A DNA stretch of 58,681 nt, filler included, from Vermamoeba vermiformis (lineage: Eukaryota), in the NCBI GenBank assembly GCA_045837725.1. It is 6 parts of 6 records of this genome, joined end to end, with 100 filler letters (N's around TTAATTAATTAA, not from the genome) between each part and the next. Parts side by side here need not be neighbours in the genome. Positions count along the whole stretch, not along the records: positions 1 to 5,319 come from JBEWZL010000280.1; positions 5,420 to 15,641 come from JBEWZL010000285.1; 4 more parts are not named here. One strand, 5' to 3'. Position numbers and translations under genes: made by a program. Positions within the stretch are counted from its first letter, which is position 1. Each line of letters begins with the position of its first letter. The notes beneath the pieces are model-generated. The model was not told where the DNA came from. It saw only the letters and a program-made list of their open reading frames with translations, and searched no databases. This document shows positions 1 to 10,000 of the stretch, in pieces.

Positions 1-111
1 TTTTTAGCTATTTAAATTTGTGGTCGGCTGTAAAAAGATTGTTATTAAATGCAGTTTGGTACTAAGTGAACAATTACCTGCCTTCATAACAACAGCTCGA
101 GTTCTACTCGT

Positions 112-1406
112 CTACATCGAACAAAGTGCACAATAACATTTCTGCACAGTTTTCCAAGAACACGAAGTCAAATCGTATTCCTTCTCCCATTCTGCATCTA
201 TGGCGCACATGGTACAATATTTATGGTGGCAATATTGACCTCCTATGGCACAGCGGTCGCAACCAGCCTCTCGTTCGGAAGTGCTGCACCAATTGTAAAG
301 CCTGCCTGGTACTATTGCACGACATGTGGAGCACTGAATAAGTCCTTTACAAATTGGCTCGTGGAAGTTAAGACATGTCAAACAGAATTTTCGATGACAC
401 TTTTGACACGTGTCAACGCAATTCTTGCACAATTTGACGTCTTCTGCAAGCAATGGCTCGCAGTTTCCACAACGTCCAATTTCACTGTCATACACAAATC
501 CAATTTCTTCTTTGCATTGATGACACTTGGTGTACGCCAATCCTAAAAATGAATAAGTTTGTTATGTTGATCCGGGAAAAGGAAACACGACCAATCACAT
601 TAGTTAATAACTTACCGTCACCAATACATCTGTCTTTGCATGTGTACCATTTGCCAACTTTCTTCGCACAGTCGTGGCAGACGCGATGCGAACAATTTTG
701 ACAGTCGTAGCCACAGTCACTGCAAATTGCTTTTTGACACTTGATACACGTTGTTTCAGTAATATGATAATTCCAGTCCTTGCTACAAATGTACTTGTCT
801 TCTTTGCACTCACAGCGGATCCGCGTAATTTGGTGCTTACATAATTCGACATCGCAATCGCAACATTTGTATTTGTAGCCTCCTTCGTAGCATTTGGCAC
901 AAGATATTTTATCGCAATCACTGCACTGTTTGCTGCAGTTTCCACAAACACGAATCTTGCAGTCGCACGTCTCGCAACAAAATCGACAAAAGATCTGGCT
1001 TGGATCGCAGCCACATTCTGGTGCATGATTTTCCTCGTAGCACTGGTGACACATCGGCATATCGCAATTTATGCAGTGATATCGCGCTAGTCTATGACAG
1101 CCGTCGTCGCAACCAAAATAATGAGCCAGATGCAACAGTTTTGGGTTATCCTTTCGAGTTCTGAAATTAGATTAACGCTTTTATAATAGTTCGTACCTTA
1201 TATCTGGATGATGTTAGCTTCGAATGCAACAAACGATTTTGTGTGACGATCTGGCGCCAAAATAATTTTTCTATTTGCCTGAAGTGACGACTAATGGTGC
1301 CGATCTTAATAATCTTTTTTACGTGAGCGAGACTATTCATTTTTGGGGAGGTAAATATACAATTTAAAATCAACAGAAGAACATCGTCGGGCAGATCTCT
1401 CTCCAT
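112..1406 (-). CDS. F-box protein with long Cys-rich (CxxC, putative Zn-binding) C-terminal region; 3 exons
   Basis: Exon 1 has an F-box-like start (DLPDDVLLLILNCI...IGTISRHFRQI). ORFs 488-1135 and 112-540 are joined in frame by GT-AG intron 543-615. The first intron (donor 1196) needs the AG at 1151-1152 to keep frame, so that junction is less certain. Confidence 0.7.
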
Positions 1407-1620
1407 TTCCTGAAAAGTAATTAATTAATTATGCTGTTGTTTTATTTTATTATTATAAAATTTTTAAACGACGATTTGATTAATGGGAGCGTTTTGGAAT
1501 CTACCTTTGAATCCGATCTTTCCCCGCTTTTTACCATTAGGGTAGCAGCGTTACGTACGTTTACTTGTAAAATGAATTCGACTGCGGGTAGTGTGGTTAC
1601 CTATTGGCAGCATTGTAAAC

Positions 1621-2125
1621 CTTATGAACGAAAGTGTCAGCGTTCCCGATGATTCAGCAACGAATGAACTTCAAACCTTATCGCTCAACCGTAACAACGA
1701 GATTTCAATCAGTGCGGGAAATTAACTGTTAATTACTGACATGCTCTCTGCCACGGTCAGCACACAAACAAGTCAGGGTTCGCACGTCCGGCTTTCACTC
1801 GACTTCGTTTACGGATCCAGTATTCAATTTGTTGCCCCGTATACTCTGAAATTTACCGCGAGTGGCATCTATCAAATCACTTTAACGCCCTTCGGTACGG
1901 CAAACGGCAATCCAGGTTGGTTTTGTGTATTTGTCTTGCACTTCTAAACCGAGAGCAATCCAATACTGCTTCAACGCACCAAATAACAACATTGTCTCGT
2001 CGACGCGCTTGGTGCAATTTAACGCTGAGGATACGTGCTATTGGGTTGTTGAATTGGGTACTATTTTAGTTCCAGATCCTGGCAATTTTTTCTGGAGCGG
2101 TGTGCATGTGGTCCGAATGAAATAA
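1621..2125 (+). pseudogene. Disrupted paralog of the NEIQ-repeat / C1q-like protein family
   Basis: Reads VSVPDDSATNELQTLSLNRNNEISISAGN, then an in-frame TAA at 1723-1725. The same frame continues into ORF 1741-1947 (FTASGIYQIT), then shifts frame near 1920 into ORF 1925-2125 (LVQFNAEDT...FWSG, C1q/TNF-like). Confidence 0.65.
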
Positions 2126-2377
2126 ATAACAATTTAATGTTGCCTACACTAATGCTTGGAAGGAAAAATCCAAAACTAGATCATGGAAGATCTCGATTAG
2201 CGAGGCAACTCAATTCACTGCATACAGTTTCCGATAGCATAGAATTGTCCATTGCATCGGCAATTCTATTACTCCCTGATTCAAATTCTAGATTTTTGTG
2301 TTCCAAAAAGCGAATTGAATTTTACAGGATTTCAAAACCAACGAATCATTAATTTCCCTTTGTGTAAACAGTAAACC

Positions 2378-3423
2378 ATGCACAAAGCGCTATTAGTTCT
2401 GACTATTTATTACTTTGTGGTTGGGTCCTTCGGTAAGATAACTAACTCGAGGTACTGATCTAATTCTTCTTGCAGGACAAAGCTGCGATTCGAAGCAGTT
2501 TGCAATTAGAAATAGCGCTGGAGATGATTATTTAACGATTAATTCCCCAACGGACGTTAAAACCTGCGGAGGCGTAAATATTTGCGATGAAATTAACACG
2601 GCGAAGCAAGACACCTCATCCACAAACGAAATCCAGTCCTTGAGCCTGGATCCCAGCGGCCAACTCTCTATCTCCAGCGGAAATAGTGTTAATCTTCCAG
2701 ATAACAGTGCAACAAACGAAATTCAAGCCTTATCAATCAATTCAAACACGATCTCGCTTTCTAACGGCGGAGGCAGTGTCGTTCTTCCCGACGCATCCGC
2801 GACGAATGAAATCCAACAATTATCCATTGACAACAACCAAATGACCATCAGCAATGGTAACACGGTTCAATTACCATCAGTATGGTCGTATACAAAAAAT
2901 TATGCGTTCACCGAACCAGGTGTTCCTGTCACGGCCACAACTTGGAGCGTAGTTGGGCCGTATGAGCTCATTTTGTCTTTTCCGAGCAATTTTTCTACAG
3001 TTCAAATAGTATTTAACGTACCTTACTCCGGTTGTACGGTTGCAGGTAAGTCAAGCCAGGTTCTATTTGATCCAAACCGAAAAACTAACAAAAAAATGCA
3101 ACTTTAGCAAAACGGTTTCGTATTCAACTAGTATTCGATGGCACCTCTATTTGCGATACCACTTTAATGAATCAAGCTGCGAATGAATGGACCCCTGTTC
3201 AGTTGTAAGTGCATTTTGAATCGCTGCCATTCTCTCTCTTGCTAATTCCAAACTGCACAGGTTCGGCCTCGTTCAAAATGTTAGCTCCGGCAATCACGTG
3301 ATTCAAATCAAAGCCTTGGTAGACAGTGGAAATAATTGCTGGATGCCCATTTTTGGCAGTACTCTGGGTGAGGGCATCTCTCCATCTATTTTCGGCACCT
3401 ACAATATTATTGGCTTTCCATAA
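2378..3423 (+). CDS. Secreted protein with three D-x-SATNEIQ-x-LS...ISxGNSVxLP repeats and a C-terminal beta-rich head domain; 4 exons
   Basis: Signal-peptide-like exon MHKALLVLTIYYFVVGSF, intron 2433-2475, repeats in ORF 2640-3107, further GT-AG introns, TAA at 3421-3423. Confidence 0.8.
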
Positions 3424-3768
3424 TTACAAAAATAGGTCAACGTGAACGCCATCGCCCTCGTGTATTAGAAAATTATGGCAATAAATTTAATGTCGGGCAA
3501 TAATGAAAACCGCATAATTGAATATTAATAACAGCAATAATTCAAATTAGTTTCATTAATATTTAACGTAATTTTTGTGGGGTATTCCCATTTTACAAAA
3601 TAATTTTTCGAGATGAGCTTTTACTTTACTTGTTGTTGTGACTATTGCATTATGCCCAACTCTCTATCATTAATGAACTGTTACATTTCTGTAATTGACG
3701 AGGTTTGTGTTTGATGTGCACTCAACAGTTCGACGGCGTAAAAATTAAGCTGATCGCGTTTTTCCTTC

Positions 3769-5319
3769 TCACTCGTGCAAAACATAAACTACTTCTCCTA
3801 TGCATTAAATGGGTAATAATACTAACTGAGGGGTTACGCAGCGTGCACGACAAGAAATGCCCGCTTCTTCCGTTAGGGGTAGGTTGAGTCAGACAGGTCA
3901 AGTTTGTACTTTATTCTATCGCACCACACAATAATATTAATCTGCATTGTTTTGAATTTCACGTTGGCATCGTTCGATGAGTTCCTTTAAGGCAAGTACA
4001 TCCGGAACATCGGTCAATTTGACTGACAGCAACTTCGATTCGAGGTGACTTTTGCCCGCGGATGACGAATCTATAAGAAATATATGTTAGCCATAGTCAT
4101 TCTGAAACAGATTATGTGGAGCTGATCCAAACCTTCGGTGTCAACAGCTTTAATCGTCAAACTACCACTACCATCGTATTTTCGTTCAAAGTCAATATCT
4201 TGAATGCAATTGTATTCTATAGAGGTAGCACCGCCCGACTTTCCACGTTCGTTACTGCATCCAAAAACTGGTACCGCAACACTTAACTGCAGCAGGCGCT
4301 GGTTCGTTACAGCGTTGATATCGAATCCACCGGCAACTCGCTGGATAAATAATCCAAACGCCCAAGCAACAATTCTGGGCAGTAATTAAGAATGAGTTAC
4401 TCAGAAGTTGGTATTACTTGGAAGTCGAGACGAAAGTAATCTTACGTGCTTATGCTGACGCCCAACCAAGCTTCAATGTAGTATGAAATTGGTTTGTTGG
4501 TAGAGCATGATTGAAAGATTAAAATAGGAAACGTCATGAGCAGGCACAAAGTACAGGGCAGCAAGACTAAGAGACATTGACGAACTGGTAAAATCGCAAA
4601 TTAATTGACGAGAAAGGTAATAATTCAATTGTATGAGCATACTTTCAGTACTGTTGAATGATTCGTTGGCCCAAACGAGGTGTTCCGCAGTTCGAAGTTC
4701 GGATACCAGAAGAGAACGATTATGAGTTGAAAGTGTGACATTGGACTCCACGTCGCTAATTGACGTGAAAGATTCGCTGTAATGAATTGCAAATACGAAC
4801 GAACGAATTTTGTTGATCGGACGGATGGCCTTCTAGCTATCTTTTTAATTTCATTTAAAACAATTATTTTCCAAAATATTAAATAAATTTTCTTGCGCTA
4901 TTGCTTTTACTTACGGTTTCGACGTTCTCCTTCGATCCCATAGAGCCACTTTGATCAGCCACCACAGATTCACAGATAACAACGGCACGAATAAACTAAT
5001 GGCTGTCTCCATTAATTAATTTAGCGTCGTTGAAGCATAAGAAACATACTGATAACTACAACCATTGTGGGTTGTTCCGGATCGAGAACGGCCATTGGCT
5101 CCTCGCCCCCAAAGTGATCTTGCATTGTGCCTTCCTGCAGTAGTTGTTTTAAAATATAAGACTTGTTGTGCTTTTGAATCACGAGATATTTCGCTTTTGC
5201 GTGAAACTGATGTCACTAGAGACACCGTCCCAATGAAATTTCTCTTTACGTCCCTTTCCGCGGAGTTTCAAACATTGCTTTAAAAAGATTATCTTCTGAC
5301 CGTAATTGGTTGATTAATT
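3769..5319 (-). CDS. Multi-exon gene of unknown function, 5' end probably lost in the gap
   Basis: Several minus-strand GT-AG introns (plus-strand CTTAC/CATAC at ~4441, 4638, 4910, 5046) separate open exons such as ORF 4473-4751. The exact structure was not resolved. Confidence 0.45.
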
Positions 5320-5419
5320 NNNNNNNNNNNNNNNNNNNNNNNNNNNNNNNNNNNNNNNNNNNNTTAATTAATTAANNNNNNNNNNNNNNNNNNNNNNNNN
5401 NNNNNNNNNNNNNNNNNNN
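5320..5419. other. Assembly gap with artificial TTAATTAATTAA linker (also 15642-15741, 21202-21301, 26154-26253, 52204-52303)
   Basis: Identical 100-nt N-run/linker/N-run structure at five positions; the linker places stop codons in all six frames. Confidence 0.97.
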
Positions 5420-5444
5420 ATGAAAGACATATTACAAAGTATTT

Positions 5445-5843
5445 TTATCTCGCAAATATAACTTCTTCAACTAGTTTCTTTGCAATCTCCATTGTTAATT
5501 GGTCTGGAAGTGCAAACACTCTAATCCACTTAGTGAAGTAGTCAACAATGACAATAATGTAGCGATTGCCATTGTGTGTAGGGTTGAAGGGGCTTAGTAT
5601 GTCCATTCCTATTGTTTTGAATGGTGTGGAACAGTGTATGGGTTGTAGCAGCCCAGTTACCTTTGTTCGCTTATGGTGAATGCACTGCTTGCAGGTTGAG
5701 ACCCACGTGTAACACCACACACGAAAAGAGTTCGTGATGACATATATCGCCTGAAATCTCACAATAATCTTGTGAGATAAAAGCCCTTTGCATTGTTTAT
5801 TTTTGTATGCTTTTACTCTATCAATAACACACCTCGCCATCAC
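5445..5843 (-). mobile_element. Degenerate Ty3/gypsy LTR-retrotransposon integrase fragment
   Basis: CKQC Zn-finger end, GLLQPI..PFKTIGMDIL.PF, GNRYIIVIVDYFTKW..VFALPD: the rve integrase core start. The DNA is CpG-poor. Confidence 0.88.
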
Positions 5844-5969
5844 TATTGTACATTGGGTTCTGATTTTGTGTGAACTGTTGTTGTAGATTCGATTGTGAAA
5901 AATTGATTCAGATTTGGCAAAACGTTGTGCTAAAATTAAATAACATGGTCAATAATTCTAATCATAATG

Positions 5970-6760
5970 TTGGACACTGCCTATGTCATCAGATAATCAC
6001 ATCTGTATGTGCTCTCAGTGGACCTGCTTGCATCTCAGGGGAGAAGCCCCACCCAGCCAGCCTAGGTCAAACACTAGAGCGGACAGCTCAGCACCTGGGA
6101 CTACCTTGACAGCCACTCCCTAGCAGTGAGCTCAGAGGGGACACAGACCAACTAGGAATGAAAGACTCCTGCAGGAATTCACAGTCAAGAGCTAGTTCTC
6201 AAGCCTCTGCAGCTGCTCCCCCCTGCAACCAGGCTAGTCCGTGCAAAAGGTCAAGATCTTGCCAATCTGACCAAAGGGATGATAATGGCCACTCCCCTAG
6301 CCCCTGGAGCTTGAGTCTCTCCCCCAAGCTCTGTGACTGAAGTTTGCAAAAGCACAGACATCGATCCATACGCAGAGACAGGCACAGAAACCTCCAATTA
6401 AGCTCCTGTTCTTGTGATCACAGATCTGATTGCTGAAAGCATCACCACTGTTGTGCTCTCTCTCTCTCTCAGCAAGCTATAACAGCTCTGCAAGAAGCAA
6501 CTCAATAAGCACTTTGTGCAATCTTTACTGATCTTGGAGAGAGTCTAAGAGAACAAGTTCTAAGTCTCACAAGTAAACTCACACATGATAAAGGCACCAG
6601 ACACTTGCATCAACATGATGCAGCTCAACAAGGTGCAGTAATAACCATTCCTGAGAATGAGCCATGCTGACACAACTCAACACCCTCCACTTCATGAACA
6701 AATTGACAACAGGGGACTCAAGACAGCCCTTCTGATGACAATTGGTCCCACCTGTCCTTT
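5970..6760. mobile_element. CpG-depleted decayed coding-like relic, probably transposon-derived
   Basis: Moderately GC-rich but nearly devoid of CG with abundant CA/TG; broken Ser/Arg-rich reading frames; adjacent to the integrase fragment. Family not recognised. Confidence 0.4.
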
Positions 6761-6778
6761 TTAGGGTTAGGGTTAGGG
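6761..6778 (+). repeat. Interstitial telomere-type repeat (TTAGGG)3
   Basis: ttagggttagggttaggg read directly; a degenerate counterpart ttagggctggggctagg lies at ~13136-13152. Confidence 0.9.
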
Positions 6779-7099
6779 AGCAAGGAAGGGCCCCCAAAGA
6801 CCGGAAATCGGAGGCGGAGAGGGGCCCCGAAAAAATCCGGAAAAAAACGGCTCAAATTGAACGAAATTGAACACGAACAGGTGCATTCAATTTCGCAATA
6901 GCACCGAGAGATAGCTCCAATAATGAGCTATTGGGACCAGTAAGGGTCCCCGGTAAAATCGACGAGGTAAGGCGGAAATAGCGACGGGTCCCCAGGGCCC
7001 TCGAGGGGATCCGGATCGCTAACTTTGATTGAAAAATTCATTATGGAAATTCATTGCTTAGATATTATTCAGACTGCCGACTATCCACCAGGAAAAATA

Positions 7100-10000
7100 C
7101 CAGAAAAATTCTCGGTAGCGAGGAAGCGGAGAAAACAACGCGGAGATCCGTCCTGTCAGAATGACGGATCAGCGAAGATCTATGGACAATTAATGGCCTT
7201 AGTATGATTTATGGTACGTAATAACAATAATTATAACAAAAATTTAATATTTGTTTGAGTTCGAGGTCAGATTCGAGCCTCGATCTAAATTTAAATTCGC
7301 GAGATGATCATATTCTCATTACTCGCGTCATTTTATTGCCTCATTAGGTTAAATAAAAATCATTTTAAGAATTTCTGTGCATACTACGAACTTAGCCAAG
7401 ATCCCACGCGTCAATTTTTCATAAAGTCCGCGACAGATCGACCAAAAGGGTCGAATTGAACATTCAACTGATTTATTAATATTATTTAGATGCCATTTCA
7501 ATTGACAGTAACGCGCCACGGCATCAGAGCCGTTACAGCGCGAGTTATTTTTGGAACAGACCCGATGCGAAATTGGTAGATCGGCCACAAGGGTCGAATT
7601 ATTCTTCAGTATTGATTATTAGCACCTGTTAGTGAAGCGCCACGACGCCAACGTCGTTTCAGCGCGAGGTATTCGGATAAGTCAAATTCGCACGCGCCAA
7701 TTTTGGAAAGTATTTTAAAAACTTAAGACAGATCGACCACAAGGGTCGGTTTATTTATTTGTTAGTGTTATTGCTTTCGATTACAGCATATAGCAACGCG
7801 CCACGGCATCAGAGCCGTTCAGCGCGAGTTATTTTTGGAACAGACCGCGCGAGTGAGCTGATGCGAAAATGGCGCACGGGCTATTTCGCATTAGTAATTC
7901 AACAGAACGACCACAAAGGTCGTATTAATGATTTATTATGGTTTATTCACAGCAGATAGTCACGCGCCACGGCCACGACGGCCGTTCAGCGCGAGTTATT
8001 GTAGGATTGACCAACAGATCGACCACAAGGGTCGATTTGGTCATTTAGATTGGTTAATTATTATCAACGTACACGCGCCAAACGACAATCAGCGTCGTTA
8101 CAGCGCGGCTTTAAGATCGCGAACCTAACGCGATCAAATCTCGGTGCAGTGACCGAGATAAATCAAGGTAAGATTTTTATATGTATACGTCCACCATGGA
8201 CAATATTATTATGTCGTAAATTCAATTTTTAAATTTTCTGCTGAAAATTATCTGATCCGGATCGAGCCATTTTATCCGGATTTTTAATTAATATCGATGA
8301 AACAATACTAAATATAATATACTAATACTTCATTTTTTATTTAGATTGTGCTCACGATTTTTTACCGCGATCGAAAGTTCCAGTTACTTTCGATGCGCGA
8401 GATCCTGACCACCAATGGTCGTTTTATTATACGATGATGCCTTTAGTTCGTTCCCCGGTGCAGGAACGATGACTATTGCTCGCCGACGGGGTCGGTAACT
8501 TGATGCCGAGATCTAATCCGCCAAGACCCTTAAAATAACTCGGTAAGTTTTTTAATATATTCAATGATGATAGAATAATCGTACCAATGCGTCGATTATT
8601 CATTTCAAAATCAAGTTAAATTTTTTAAAATTATATAGAATCAGATCGAGCTTCGTGCTCGTGCAAACTTTATATTATTGGTTATTATATTATCAATGCA
8701 ATATAGTAATCGTTATTTTATAGGTTATTTCAGTATCGTCTGCGCAGACGTGATGTGCGGATCGTTCGCGTCGATCGCTCAATCCCCGCTAATTCTTCAA
8801 GCGTAAGTAGTTTAAATTTGTTATATTATTCTATTCAATATTATAATGCTATTTATTTAGGCGTTACAAGTTACACGGGACGGATCTCGAACGCGAACTT
8901 CTCGCGTTATTAGATCCATTACATTGCTTGTGGTGGACCGGTAAGTACATATACATGTAGACACTATTATTGCTAACGCACTATTTTAAAAGATATTGCG
9001 AAGGAGACTTCTGATGAACAATTATAAGATCGAGACGCGTCTCGATCCGTTTAAGTTTCAATGTAGGGCATCGATTGCCTTAAAGGTAAGTGATCCCCCT
9101 TATATATTAATATTTTAATTAACTGATGCTAATTTTACGCCTAGGAGATGCCACGGAGCTGGGGCCAGATCGCGTGCAACAATAACTCGATCGCTCATAA
9201 GTTAAGTAACGCGCATCGATCGCGTCAAAAGTAAGTAAAATTGGATTTAATATTATTATTGTAATATAATAACATCTTTATTTATTATTAGAACGGTTGG
9301 ATAAAAGTTTTAATGGATTTGGTGGCGAGAGATCCAGCGCGTCAAAATTTTTGTCTATGGTAACTGACCGACCGAGGTAAGGATAAAAAGTGTAGAAATG
9401 ATCGTTAATAACGTTATTGTAGAATCGATAAGGGTCAGAGCGACCCTTGAGTGACAGAATTCGGATCGGGATCCGACGCATCCCGATCCGTTAAAGTTTT
9501 GCTGAAGAGCTCTAATGGCTCTTAAAGTAAGTGACAACCATCATATAACGTATTTAATGATTATTATAATACCCATTTATTGTTCAGTTAACCCGATTAC
9601 GAGTTAATTTTGGACTTGGCGCGATCTTGGATCACTGACAAAAGTACGGCTCTCAATAGGTAAGTTAATTTACGCTTTTATATTATATCTAATTAATTAT
9701 TAACTCCTTGATATTGTAGAGTTGAAGCGTGTTTGATGTCATCAGAGATCCCGCGGGGCCCCCGTTGATCCCCCGCTTCAGTAATTAACTGCGCGCATCG
9801 ATCGCGCTAAAAGTAAGTTAAATGTTTATTTTATTATTATTTTAAGGTACTAATACATATCATTATACAGAGCAATTCGTTTATTCAATATTTCGTGGAT
9901 TTGGGAACGCGAATCTGGCGCCTTAGAATTTCTGCGGAAACAGGGCTAATGAGTCAGGTACGTTATAAAAACGCTTAATGTACTAGTACTAACGCGATTA

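Noticed and set aside
7433-8107. CRISPR array interpretation of the hairpin repeats
   Set aside because: Two alternating degenerate repeats, AT-rich spacers of uneven length, eukaryotic context and no cas genes.
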